A stretch of DNA of 64,000 nt from Candidatus Collierbacteria bacterium RIFOXYD2_FULL_45_13 (GTDB taxonomy: Bacteria > Patescibacteriota > Microgenomatia > UBA1400 > MFAQ01), in assembly GCA_001774685.1 (NCBI GenBank), contig MFAS01000001.1, positions 479,557 through 543,556 on the forward strand, given 5' to 3'. How positions within the stretch are numbered: the stretch's first letter is position 1; each line of letters opens with the position of its first letter. The position numbers were made by a program, and so were the translations under genes. The notes beneath the pieces were generated by a model, which worked only from the letters and a program-made list of their open reading frames with translations, made no database searches and was not told where the DNA came from. Positions 19,356 to 28,778 of the stretch are shown one piece after another.

Positions 19356-20150
19356 GTGAAAAAAACTGCCCAACATCTATTTCTAAAGGTAACAAGCCCA
19401 CAAGTTAAGCGCTGGATTATTCCGGCGCTTACCTCTTTGGTGGTAGTCTCCATCTTCGTGGCTGTCCTACTCACTCGCCAAACAGCTCCCACGAAACAAA
19501 CACCAAATCAACCGGTGGCTACTACCACTCTCACTTCGGAAGATATTGGACTACCCTCGCCTGAATTACGTAGTGGTAACTCTATCGAAGCGGTCTTGAA
19601 AGCGAGACGCACCAGAAGAGACTTTCTAGACAAAGAGCTAACTCTCAAGCAGGTTTCGCAAATGCTCTGGGCAGGCCAGGGAGTTACTGTAGACTGGGGA
19701 GGTCGTACCGCTCCCTCCGCCAAATCTACTTATCCTTTGACTTTATTTCTGATAGCCAACAAAGTTGCCGGTCTGGAAGCGGGAGAATACCAATATATTC
19801 CGGAGGATAGGACTCCCGTCCACCGCCTCAAGCCCATCAAGGCAGTCGATCTTCAGCAAGCCATCTACGAGGCACTAAAGGAAAGCTCTTTTAAGAATGC
19901 GCCGGCCGTCATCGTCATCACCGGTAATATGGACAAGATGGCCGAGTCATATGGTGGTATCCCTCATGATAAAGAAGTCTATCTTGAAGCCGGTCATGCC
20001 GGTGAGAATCTGTACCTTCAGGCCGAAAGTCTCAAGCTGGGTATGGTTACCATTTCCGGTTTTGATGAGGCTAAGGTCAAAGACCTGGTTACAATTCCGG
20101 CCGGTGATACTATAATCTACCTCGTTCCCTTTGGAATACCTAAACAATAA
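19356..20150 (+). CDS. SagB/ThcOx-type nitroreductase with N-terminal membrane anchor
   Basis: RRTRRDF, LWAGQG, RTAPSA..TYPL, LEAGHAGENLYLQAESLKLG..ISGF. Confidence 0.88.
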   Translation: MKKTAQHLFLKVTSPQVKRWIIPALTSLVVVSIFVAVLLTRQTAPTKQTPNQPVATTTLTSEDIGLPSPELRSGNSIEAVLKARRTRRDFLDKELTLKQVSQMLWAGQGVTVDWGGRTAPSAKSTYPLTLFLIANKVAGLEAGEYQYIPEDRTPVHRLKPIKAVDLQQAIYEALKESSFKNAPAVIVITGNMDKMAESYGGIPHDKEVYLEAGHAGENLYLQAESLKLGMVTISGFDEAKVKDLVTIPAGDTIIYLVPFGIPKQ

Positions 20151-20153
20151 GAA

Positions 20154-20396
20154 ATGGAAAACCACGAGAGAATCGTCCACAACTATTGGAGTGATCAGGA
20201 AAAGTTTAAAACTCAAGAGTTTAAGACACTAGTGGCTGATGCTGAGAAAATAGCCGAGAAAACGAAACGCTGCACTCCGGAAGAACTTCTTAAAATTGCC
20301 CGTGAGGGTCGAGCGATGACTGCCGCCGATGCTTACCAAATTTTGATTCAGGATAGAACTGCCGCTAAAGCGAGCCAGCACTGGACAGACAACTAA
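20154..20396 (+). CDS. Hypothetical protein
   Basis: 80-aa ORF filling the gap between the nitroreductase and convergent trmD. Confidence 0.5.
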   Translation: MENHERIVHNYWSDQEKFKTQEFKTLVADAEKIAEKTKRCTPEELLKIAREGRAMTAADAYQILIQDRTAAKASQHWTDN

Positions 20397-20399
20397 CAT

Positions 20400-21035
20400 C
20401 TATTTCCCTTTTCTCCACGCGGAAATTTTCTTGTGGTCCCCTGAGAGCAACACCTCCGGCACTTTCCAGCCGTTATACTCCGCCGGACGTGTGTACTGCG
20501 GGTATTCCGTTGCCATTTCCTCACTGTAAGACTCCTCTTTTAGAGACTCCGGATTCCCCAGCACCCCGGGCATTAGCCGGCAGATACTGTCAACTACGAC
20601 CATCACCGGGAGTTCGCCACCGCTGAGGACATACGGTCCAATACTGTAAATCTCATCAGCCAGATATTCATGTACACGGTGATCGATCCCTTCAAAATGA
20701 GGCGCAATAAAGATCAGGTGCTCCTCCGTTCTCAGCATTTCGGCTGCTTTCTGATCGTACATTTTGCCCTTAGTATCCATCAAAATCACCCTAGCCTCTA
20801 CGTTTTGATTTTTTAAGTCTTTTACGGCCCTCTCTACCACATCTACCCTCATCACCATTCCTGCCCCACCACCAAAAGGCCGGTCGTCGACACTCTTATA
20901 GCCATCATCACTCCAGTCACGCAAATTACGGACGTTTATCTGTACAGCCTCGGTCCCCACAGCCCTTCCAATTATCGAGGTTTTAAACACCCCCTCAAAC
21001 ATCTCCGGAAATATGGTCAAAATATCTATCTTCAT
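20400..21035 (-). CDS. trmD: tRNA (guanine37-N1)-methyltransferase
   Basis: VDDRPFGGGAGMVM, FEGIDHR, SIGPYVLSGGELP, EYPQYTRP, VPEVLLSGDH. Confidence 0.97.
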   Translation of the reverse strand: MKIDILTIFPEMFEGVFKTSIIGRAVGTEAVQINVRNLRDWSDDGYKSVDDRPFGGGAGMVMRVDVVERAVKDLKNQNVEARVILMDTKGKMYDQKAAEMLRTEEHLIFIAPHFEGIDHRVHEYLADEIYSIGPYVLSGGELPVMVVVDSICRLMPGVLGNPESLKEESYSEEMATEYPQYTRPAEYNGWKVPEVLLSGDHKKISAWRKGK

Positions 21036-21058
21036 ACCCTAATTATACTTTTAATTTG

Positions 21059-21098
21059 TTTTGAGTTTTCGAATCTTTGAGTTTTTGAGCTTTAGGGT
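21059..21098 (+). repeat. Degenerate octamer tandem repeat (TTTTGAGT-like) between divergent promoters
   Basis: ttttgagt tttcgaat ctttgagt ttttgagc tttagggt. Confidence 0.65.
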
Positions 21099-21112
21099 CG
21101 TATAATATCCCT

Positions 21113-21349
21113 ATGCCAAGACTTGTACAGAAGACAGCTCACGGACCTATGAAAGTGGGGGATAAAGACATTTGTATGTGTGGTTTGTCGGAGAATCAGC
21201 CGTTTTGTGACCTGTCTCACAAAAAGACCCTGCCGGAGGACGAAAACAAGCTCTACTGGTATGTTGACGGCAAGGCAGAAGAAATCGTAACCGAGAATGA
21301 CAATAGCTGTTGCGAAGAGGGCTGTTGCGGGGGCAAATGTCAACACTAA
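21113..21349 (+). CDS. CDGSH-type iron-sulfur protein with Cys-rich tail
   Basis: CMCGLSENQPFCDLSH (CxC..S..PFCDxSH); tail SCCEEGCCGGKCQH. Confidence 0.85.
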   Translation: MPRLVQKTAHGPMKVGDKDICMCGLSENQPFCDLSHKKTLPEDENKLYWYVDGKAEEIVTENDNSCCEEGCCGGKCQH

Positions 21350-21354
21350 TATCT

Positions 21355-22533
21355 ATGAACAAGACCCCCGTCGCCGTCATTGTCATCCCTACTTACAACG
21401 AAGCCGGCTCGATCAAAAAGATGATCGATCATTTATTCACTAATACTTTCCCCAAGACCAAAGGCTGGGACTGTCAAGTGCTGGTGGTGGACGACACCTC
21501 TCCTGATGGCACTTACAAAGTAGTCCAATCTCTGCAAAAGCGTTACAAAAAACTTTTTCTGTCACTAAGTGCCAAAAAAGCCGGTATTGGCGGTGCCTAT
21601 GTCCGTGGTTTTCGGTATGCCATGAACGAGCTCCACGCAGATGTCGTCATCGAGTTTGACGGCGATTTCCAACATCCTCCCAAGACCATCCCGGTGATGC
21701 TCGAAGGGATCTCGGAGGGTTATGATTATGTATTGGGTTCACGTAAAATCAAAGGTGGCAGCAATCCCAAAGGTTGGGGTTTCAAAAGACTCTTCTTCAG
21801 CGAGATTGGAGGAATGGTGGCACGTTTCGTCTTGTTCTTCCCGACCAAAAACTTTTTCAAAATTACCGATCCGACGACAGGTCTCAAAGCCTCAAGGGTA
21901 AAAGGATTTGTGGACACCATGGACATGGACCACCTTTACTCTCATAGTTTTGGCTACAAACTCGAGTTTCTTTATAAAATGACGGCTTTAGGAGCTAAGA
22001 TCAAAGAAGTTCCTCTTCAATTTTTCGTTCGAGAGGCAGGGGAATCCAAGATCGAACCCCAAACGGCCAAGGATATTTTCCGTACTGTTTTTTTACTCAG
22101 GCTGAACGACCCCATGACAAAAAAGTTTATTAAATTTGGCACCATCGGCTTGTTTGGTTTTGTTATTAACAAAGTCGGTCTCGATGTTTTTGCCACTCTG
22201 CTGAAGAACGTTATCGGGAGCGTGGGTATTAGAAACGCCCTGGCAAACGCCATGGCCGCCGAGATCTCCATCATCAGCAACTTTACCTTTAACAATCTCT
22301 GGACCTTCAAGAATGAGAAATTGGTCTGGGGTGCCAAATTGATCAAGAAGTTCACCACTTTTAATCTAAGTTCGGTCGTTTCCGGTATTATCCTCCCCAG
22401 TCTGGTTATCGGTGCCGGCACCCATGTTTTCGGGGATCAATATCGCTTCCTCTTCCTGATCATTGGCGTCTTCTTCATCACTGTTCCTCTTAACTGGTTT
22501 ATCTACAACGTCGTGATCTGGAAAAAGAAGTAG
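21355..22533 (+). CDS. Polyprenol-phosphate glycosyltransferase (GT2, DPM1-like) fused to GtrA flippase domain
   Basis: IPTYNE, VDDTSPDGT, EFDGDFQHPP, GSRK; C-terminal FIKFGTIG...NFTFNNLWTF GtrA. Start set at ATG 21355. Confidence 0.9.
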   Translation: MNKTPVAVIVIPTYNEAGSIKKMIDHLFTNTFPKTKGWDCQVLVVDDTSPDGTYKVVQSLQKRYKKLFLSLSAKKAGIGGAYVRGFRYAMNELHADVVIEFDGDFQHPPKTIPVMLEGISEGYDYVLGSRKIKGGSNPKGWGFKRLFFSEIGGMVARFVLFFPTKNFFKITDPTTGLKASRVKGFVDTMDMDHLYSHSFGYKLEFLYKMTALGAKIKEVPLQFFVREAGESKIEPQTAKDIFRTVFLLRLNDPMTKKFIKFGTIGLFGFVINKVGLDVFATLLKNVIGSVGIRNALANAMAAEISIISNFTFNNLWTFKNEKLVWGAKLIKKFTTFNLSSVVSGIILPSLVIGAGTHVFGDQYRFLFLIIGVFFITVPLNWFIYNVVIWKKK

Positions 22534-22590
22534 TCAAGCTCTTGCCGATCTTCTTTTTGTAGTTTTCTTACCGTAAATTCCATAAAGATA

Positions 22591-23706
22591 CTATAAATAT
22601 GGTGCCCAATCAGCTACCGGAGCGGTATTGTTTAGAAGAAAGTTCCAGGTAAAAAGCATAATCGGGACGATCAATAGGAAAGCGATCACTTTGAACTCTC
22701 TTTTTTGAACCAACTTATCCCAACCGATCAAGACGAATGGTGCAACGGGTAGAATATAACGGCTAATATCCCGGTGGGCTACAAACAGGGTGGACAGAAA
22801 AAACAAACCGGCAAAATAATACTCGATTGTTAGTTTCTTCTCCTTAAGTTTCATAATCCCGACACCAAAAACAATCCAGGTCCAAATCACATCTTCAAGC
22901 CAAAAGTTTCCGACCCACACTTGACCTTGTGGTACAAACACACTAAACGGCGGCCAAAACAAATGAATATTGTCGCCGCTGTGGAGATAAGCCCAAAGAT
23001 CTCCTGTTCGCAATTTGAAAAACCAAAACAAACCGCCAACCGCCGCTAGCTGAATCAACAGCGGCCAATATTTCCAGACAATTCGTTTCTCCTTTATCGA
23101 CTCGACCAGAGCATACACGCCATAAGCTGCCAAAAGTATCACAGCCGGACTTTTTGTAATCTGTGCCAAAGCTCCGAAGATTCCGGCTAACAAATATTTG
23201 CCTTTTTTAAAATAAAATAGACTGGCGAGAATAAAAAGTATGAACCATGGTTCCGGAGAACCGATAGCCCGGATAGCTACCCAGCGGGCAGGCAAGATCA
23301 TAAAAACGAGCGACAGCCAAAAAGGATCGAGACTGAGTTTAAATTCCGACAGGTACTTGTGAAACATCCCAAAGCACAGCAACGAGCCCAGTAGGGTTGC
23401 CAATAGCATAGCTGTCGGTCCTTTCAGGAAGGGATCCAAAACAGCGATTATAGTCGGGTAAAAAGGAAAATGTGCCGGGAAATACTCGGCCGGCTCGGTC
23501 ACCGAAAAATAATTCACAATTTTTTCTTTGTTGTACCAAGTCTTCTCCACAATCAGATAGTTCGGTCCATCATAGTTTTGCCATAGAGTAAAGTTGCCTT
23601 TGGTAAAGTCCAAATCCCAGCCAGGCAATTTTGTTTTCAGACTAAAAGGCAACCAGATTAGTAGAGAAAACAATAGAATGGTGAGTAATAAATACGCTCG
23701 TTTCAT
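22591..23706 (-). CDS. GT-C fold membrane glycosyltransferase (PIG-V/mannosyltransferase-like)
   Basis: YDGPNY first loop, AHFPFYP, SPEPWF, ISRYILP; multi-TM. Confidence 0.72.
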   Translation of the reverse strand: MKRAYLLLTILLFSLLIWLPFSLKTKLPGWDLDFTKGNFTLWQNYDGPNYLIVEKTWYNKEKIVNYFSVTEPAEYFPAHFPFYPTIIAVLDPFLKGPTAMLLATLLGSLLCFGMFHKYLSEFKLSLDPFWLSLVFMILPARWVAIRAIGSPEPWFILFILASLFYFKKGKYLLAGIFGALAQITKSPAVILLAAYGVYALVESIKEKRIVWKYWPLLIQLAAVGGLFWFFKLRTGDLWAYLHSGDNIHLFWPPFSVFVPQGQVWVGNFWLEDVIWTWIVFGVGIMKLKEKKLTIEYYFAGLFFLSTLFVAHRDISRYILPVAPFVLIGWDKLVQKREFKVIAFLLIVPIMLFTWNFLLNNTAPVADWAPYL

Positions 23707-23714
23707 CTACCTCT

Positions 23715-23724
23715 AGTATATACT
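23715..23724. promoter_or_regulatory. Palindromic bidirectional -10 element AGTATATACT
   Basis: TATACT on each strand, 7 nt before ATG 23732 (+) and 8 nt before ATG 23706 (-); only 25 bp between the divergent starts. Confidence 0.7.
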
Positions 23725-23731
23725 TGTGAGT

Positions 23732-24442
23732 ATGTCGCGACAAATAGACAAATTATCGGTATTCTTACCTGCCTACAACGAGGGTGCCAATCTGGATAAG
23801 ACAGTCCAAAATGTGGTCACGAATCTGAAAAAAAATGTCACCGACTGGGAGCTTATTATCGTGAATGATGGCTCCAAGGATCACACCGGAAAAATCGCCG
23901 ACAGCTGGAGCAAGAAAGATAATCGTATCTCAGTCATTCATCATAGTCCAAACCGCGGTTACGGCGCCGCCCTCAAGAGTGGTTTATACGCCTGTAAATA
24001 CCCCTGGATTTCCTTTATTGATTCTGATGGTCAGTTTGACTTCTCCGAGATTAATCGCTTTATTGATACTCAGCAGAGAACCGGCGCCGACATGATTATT
24101 GGTTTCTACCTTGGCCGGAAAGTTTCATTCAGTCGTAAACTAAACACTTTTATCTGGCAAGTCATAGTTCGTCTCTTATTTGGTCTCAATGTCCGCGACA
24201 TTGATTGTGGTTTCAAGCTGATTTCCAAAAAAATTGTCGACACCATCGAACCTCTCCAAAGTGAAAGGGGTGCCTTTATAAGCAGTGAGTTCTTGATCAA
24301 ATCCAAAAAAGCAGGCTTCAAAATTATCGAGATCGGAGTCAATCATTATCCCAGGAAGCAGGGAGAAGGTACTGGAGCCAATCTCGACGTCATCATCCAA
24401 AGTTTCGTCGATCTATTTAAACTTTGGTACAAGCTTAAATAA
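23732..24442 (+). CDS. GT2 polyprenol-phosphate glycosyltransferase
   Basis: PAYNE, NDGSKD, NRGYGAA, DSDGQF, DIDCGFKL. Confidence 0.92.
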   Translation: MSRQIDKLSVFLPAYNEGANLDKTVQNVVTNLKKNVTDWELIIVNDGSKDHTGKIADSWSKKDNRISVIHHSPNRGYGAALKSGLYACKYPWISFIDSDGQFDFSEINRFIDTQQRTGADMIIGFYLGRKVSFSRKLNTFIWQVIVRLLFGLNVRDIDCGFKLISKKIVDTIEPLQSERGAFISSEFLIKSKKAGFKIIEIGVNHYPRKQGEGTGANLDVIIQSFVDLFKLWYKLK

Positions 24443-24456
24443 GCCAGACTTGTGAC

Positions 24457-25944
24457 ATGATCAACTTCATCAAAAAAAACAAGCTTGAGTCTCTCTTCAT
24501 TTTATTAATCACTCTCCTGTCTCTATATCTCCGCCTGTACCGTATTGGTGAGTTTATGACTTTCTTGGGCGACGAGGGGAGAGATGTCCGTATCGTGCGG
24601 GATCTGATCACCAAAGGTAACCTTGTCTTTATTGGACCGCGAACCAGTATCGGCAACATGTATCTCGGCCCACTTTACTACTACATGATGGCCCCTGCTC
24701 TTTTTCTCTCTCGACTGAATCCAGTTGGTCCGGCCGTTCTGAACGCCATTATTGGTGCCTTTACTGTTTTTATTACATATTTTATCGGCCGAAAACTTTT
24801 CAACCGATGGTCCGGTCTGCTTGCCGCCCTACTATATGCCGTTTCACCCGTAGCTATTATTTATTCTCGTTCTTCCTGGAATCCAAACCCCATGCCTCTA
24901 TTTGCTTTGCTTTGTGTTTGGGGCATATACGAAGTTTGGCAAAACAAGCAATATTTCTGGCTTCCTCTTGTGGGGATTTTCTTTGCTTTTGCCTTGCAGA
25001 TGCATTATCTAGGCTTACTGCTGGGACCGGTTCTCGGTCTGTTTTGGTTCCTTACTCTAATTTCAGTCAATAAGTCAAAGAGCCACTCAGAGAAAAAAAC
25101 CTTTTTAAGTTTTACTCTTTTTGCGTTTTTGAGTTTTTTCATCCTTATGTCGCCACTGTTGCTATTTGACCTCAAACACCAAGGGATGAACTTCAACGCC
25201 TTCAAAATGTTTTTCACCGACAGGCAGACTACCGTCAATCTCAATCCTGCCAGATCAGATCGCTTTCTTCCCGTCATACTCATGACCGTCTCGGACCTGG
25301 TACTATCTCGGCAGACCATGTGGGCTCCGCTGGCTTCCGTTCTGACTCTTGTACTTTCCGTCTGGCTCTATCTCAAATCAAAGTGGCTCAGTCCTCTCAA
25401 AACCGTTTTTGTCTGGCTTGGCTTTGCGATACTCGGTCTTAGTATTTACAAACAGCACGTCTACATTCATTATCTTGGCTTTATTTATCCGGCTGTGTAT
25501 CTGCTGATTGGGGCCATACTCGGCTTTCTCCTCAATCAAAAAACCATCTTCAGATTGATTGCTTCCGTCTTAATCATTTTTCTCTTTACTAATAGTTTAA
25601 TTTTTAGCCCGGTAAAGGAAAACCCCAACCGTCAGCTCCAAAGGACAGAGCAGGCTGTGGATCTGATTGTTAAAGAGGCGAACGGTCAGCCCTTCAACTT
25701 CGGACTGATCGCGAAACAAAACTACGATGAGTCCTACCGTTATTTTTTGGAAAACAAAAATACGGGTTTGGTCAGGGGAGAGGATGAAATAGTCGACCAG
25801 CTTTTCGTTATCTGTGAAGATGGTGACAGTTGTCAGCCCGAAGGTCACCCTGATTGGCAGATAGCAATTTTTGGCCCGTCTCACGTTGTTGGCCAGTGGC
25901 AGATTGATTATCTAAAAATTTATCGCTTAATTCATACCAAATGA
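24457..25944 (+). CDS. GT-C glycosyltransferase (ArnT/PMT_2-like)
   Basis: LRLYR..FLGDEGRD, GPLYYY, SRSSWNPN; about 12 TMs. Confidence 0.85.
   Translation: MINFIKKNKLESLFILLITLLSLYLRLYRIGEFMTFLGDEGRDVRIVRDLITKGNLVFIGPRTSIGNMYLGPLYYYMMAPALFLSRLNPVGPAVLNAIIGAFTVFITYFIGRKLFNRWSGLLAALLYAVSPVAIIYSRSSWNPNPMPLFALLCVWGIYEVWQNKQYFWLPLVGIFFAFALQMHYLGLLLGPVLGLFWFLTLISVNKSKSHSEKKTFLSFTLFAFLSFFILMSPLLLFDLKHQGMNFNAFKMFFTDRQTTVNLNPARSDRFLPVILMTVSDLVLSRQTMWAPLASVLTLVLSVWLYLKSKWLSPLKTVFVWLGFAILGLSIYKQHVYIHYLGFIYPAVYLLIGAILGFLLNQKTIFRLIASVLIIFLFTNSLIFSPVKENPNRQLQRTEQAVDLIVKEANGQPFNFGLIAKQNYDESYRYFLENKNTGLVRGEDEIVDQLFVICEDGDSCQPEGHPDWQIAIFGPSHVVGQWQIDYLKIYRLIHTK
25103..25134 (+). repeat. In-frame degenerate octamer repeat inside GT-C gene
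   Basis: ttttaagt tttactct ttttgcgt ttttgagt; same unit as the intergenic repeat at 21059. Confidence 0.45.
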
Positions 25945-26486
25945 CCACAAACTACACCAATGGTCCTCTTGTTTGGTTGGATTTGGAATTCACCGATCTC
26001 GACGTCAAAAGAGCCCAGATCGTGGAGATTGCCACGGTCATCACCGATGCCAAGCTCAACATCAAGGCCGTAGGTCCGGACTTGGTTATTCATCAGCCCG
26101 AATCGGTTCTGAGAGGGATGGTTCGCTGGAATCAAGAGCATTTTTCCCAGTCAGGGCTAATGGAGAAAATAGTCTCCTCCAAGATAACCCTGAAACGGGC
26201 CTACGAAGAAACCTTAAAGTTTGTCAAAGCCCATTGTGCCTTCAAGACTGGTGTTTTGGCCGGTTCATCGGTCTATATTGACCGTGAGTTTCTGGGAGAA
26301 TACATGCCTCTTCTTTATGACTACTTACATTTCAGGATCATTGACACCAATACCATTAAGGAGCTCATGCATCGCTGGTACCCTCGGGTTCCCGACTACC
26401 CAAAGATCGAGGCCCATCGGGCAGGAAAAGACATCATTGAGTCCATCAATGAGTTAAAATATTACCAGTCGGAGATCTTCAAGTAG
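25941..26486 (+). CDS. orn: Oligoribonuclease (DEDDh)
   Basis: LVWLDLEFT, IVEIATVITD, LAGSSVYIDR, LHFRIID, HRAGKDIIESINELKYY. Confidence 0.92.
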   Translation: MTTNYTNGPLVWLDLEFTDLDVKRAQIVEIATVITDAKLNIKAVGPDLVIHQPESVLRGMVRWNQEHFSQSGLMEKIVSSKITLKRAYEETLKFVKAHCAFKTGVLAGSSVYIDREFLGEYMPLLYDYLHFRIIDTNTIKELMHRWYPRVPDYPKIEAHRAGKDIIESINELKYYQSEIFK

Positions 26487-26496
26487 CCGACCATTC

Positions 26497-27258
26497 ATGA
26501 AACCAATGCTTTCCATTGTTGTCAGTAACTACAACGAACACGCCAATTTAGAGCGCGGTGTCCTGGAACAAATGTATCGGCACCTTAAGGGTGTCAGTTA
26601 CTCTTGGGAAGTGATCATCAATGATGATGGTTCCACGGATGGTGGAGACAAAATTATCGAGGATTACGCCAAGAACCACCCTGGTTTTCGGATGATCAGA
26701 GGCAAACACGGTGGGAAAGCGGCCGGTATTTGGAACGGTATACAAGCCGCCAAAGGCGGGATCGTTCTCTTTACGGACATGGATCAGTCTACCCCACTAA
26801 AGGAAGTCGACAAGCTACTGCCTTCCTTTGAATTGGGCTACGATGTTGTTTTTGGTTCCCGCGGTAAAATGCGACACAATTTTTCACCTCTACGTCAAAT
26901 TTCTTCCTGGGCTTTTCGTTCCTTCAGGCGCATGCTCTTGCTTCACGACGTTGTAGATACTCAGTGTGGTTTCAAAGCTCTAAAAACGGAAGTTGCCAGG
27001 AAGATTTTTCCTTTGCTTAGTGTTATCAAAAACAAAAGAACTATCAGTAAAGGTTGGACAGTTTCCGCCTTCGATGTCGAACTACTGTTTCTAGCCGAGA
27101 AACTTGGCTTCAGGCTCAAAGAGATTGATGTCACCTGGAAAAACGAAGACACCTCTGTTAGTAAACAAAAAAGTTTCATTGGCGAGTCCGTTGACATGCT
27201 CAAACAAATTATTCAAGTGAAGATCAACGATCTCTCAGGAAAATATGACCAAAAATAA
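26497..27258 (+). CDS. GT2 dolichyl/polyprenol-phosphate glucosyltransferase-like
   Basis: DDGSTD, GKAAG, FTDMDQSTP, DTQCGFK, AFDVELL. Confidence 0.9.
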   Translation: MKPMLSIVVSNYNEHANLERGVLEQMYRHLKGVSYSWEVIINDDGSTDGGDKIIEDYAKNHPGFRMIRGKHGGKAAGIWNGIQAAKGGIVLFTDMDQSTPLKEVDKLLPSFELGYDVVFGSRGKMRHNFSPLRQISSWAFRSFRRMLLLHDVVDTQCGFKALKTEVARKIFPLLSVIKNKRTISKGWTVSAFDVELLFLAEKLGFRLKEIDVTWKNEDTSVSKQKSFIGESVDMLKQIIQVKINDLSGKYDQK

Positions 27259-28747
27259 AATCTTTTGGCTACTCGGTTTGGCAGTTATTTCCCTAGCCCT
27301 CTTTTTATTTTTTAGGCTTTATCGTCTGGGGCAAGTCCCTGTTTTTGTTGACGAGGCCATTTATATCCGTTGGTCCCAGGTAATGCGTGCGGAGCCTACG
27401 CTTCGCTTCCTACCACTGTCGGATGGTAAACAGCCCCTCTTTATGTGGTCCACTATGCCCTTTCTCAAGTTCGTCTCAGATCCCTTGCTTGCCGGTCGTT
27501 TGGTCTCCGTCTTTACCGGTTTTGGTTCCTTGGTGGGTATAGGATTGCTGTCATTTCTACTCTTTTCAAATCCCTTTATCGCCCTTTTTTCTTCCCTAAT
27601 TTATGCCATCATTCCCTTCACCGTGTTTTTTGACCGGATGGCTCTAGCGGACAGTATGTTAGCCATGTTTGGAGTCTGGTCTCTGGTCTTTGCCGTCAAA
27701 TTTACCAAATCTCTTCAAACCGAATACGCCCTCTACCTTGGCTTCGCCATTGGAGCCGGCCTCCTGACCAAGTCTCCGGCCATGATCTTTTATTTTTGGG
27801 CCATTCTGGCGGTTTTCTTTTCTCTGGATCAAAAGAAGATTGATTCAAAATTAATCGGCAAACTTGCTTGGGGCTTGTTGCTCGTACTGATTGTCTCTCA
27901 AGCCATGTACGCCATTCTCCGGCTGGGAGTTGGGTTCCAAATGATCGGTGCCCGTAATCAAGACTACGTTTTCTCTATCAAAGAGGTCTTGTCTCACCCT
28001 TTGACACCCTTTGTCGGCAACGCCCGAACTACCCTAAACTGGTTATTCCTTTTGTTAACACCTACGGTGTTGTTGCTAGGCGGACTTGGCTACCTAAACT
28101 CAAAAGTCAGACGCCAATATGTGTTATTGATTGTTGTGGCCCTGATACCTCTCCTGTACCAGGCCTTCATCGCCAAGGTTTACACCAGTCGCTATATTTT
28201 GTATGCCGTCCTGCCTTTAATTCCACTGGCGGGACTGGGTCTTCACTGGCTCTTCAGTCGCAAAGGACTCCTTATCAAATCATCGATCGCCCTTTTTCTT
28301 TCCGTACCATTTCTCATTACTCTTGTCTATTTATTCAAGCCCACTCTAGCGCCCATGCCATTTGACATGCGTAATGGTTATTTTGAGGAATGGACTGCGG
28401 GCTACGGTCAAAGAGAAGTTGCTCAGTACTTGATTACCAAAGCTTCCCAAGGTAAGAAAATAGTCGTATTTACCGAAGGTTTCTTTGGTACACTCCCCGA
28501 TGGTCTGCAGATATACACAGAAGGTAATAAAAACATCACCATTGTTGGCTCTACCTATTATGTTTCTGAAATTCCTTCCGGACTCCTAAACACTTCCGGT
28601 GATAATCTGCGATTCTTGGTTATCAACAAATCCCGGAATCATCTTTCTGCTGCCGACTTATCTAAGTTAGAGTTAGTTAAGGAGTATCCCAAGATGGTCC
28701 GCTCCGACGGCAGTCGGGAGTTCCTCCAGTTCTTCCGCCTGAAATAA
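27245..28747 (+). CDS. GT-C glycosyltransferase (ArnT/PMT_2-like)
   Basis: VFVDEAIY, DGKQPLFMW, FFDRMALADS, LLTK; multi-TM. Confidence 0.85.
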   Translation: MTKNKIFWLLGLAVISLALFLFFRLYRLGQVPVFVDEAIYIRWSQVMRAEPTLRFLPLSDGKQPLFMWSTMPFLKFVSDPLLAGRLVSVFTGFGSLVGIGLLSFLLFSNPFIALFSSLIYAIIPFTVFFDRMALADSMLAMFGVWSLVFAVKFTKSLQTEYALYLGFAIGAGLLTKSPAMIFYFWAILAVFFSLDQKKIDSKLIGKLAWGLLLVLIVSQAMYAILRLGVGFQMIGARNQDYVFSIKEVLSHPLTPFVGNARTTLNWLFLLLTPTVLLLGGLGYLNSKVRRQYVLLIVVALIPLLYQAFIAKVYTSRYILYAVLPLIPLAGLGLHWLFSRKGLLIKSSIALFLSVPFLITLVYLFKPTLAPMPFDMRNGYFEEWTAGYGQREVAQYLITKASQGKKIVVFTEGFFGTLPDGLQIYTEGNKNITIVGSTYYVSEIPSGLLNTSGDNLRFLVINKSRNHLSAADLSKLELVKEYPKMVRSDGSREFLQFFRLK

Positions 28748-28778
28748 TCCTTTTCACCTGCGTATATAATTAAGCCAC

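Noticed and set aside
19356-20396. TOMM/RiPP cluster around the SagB-type enzyme
   Set aside because: No YcaO, E1-like protein, transporter or Cys/Ser/Thr-rich precursor; the 80-aa downstream ORF does not look like a precursor.
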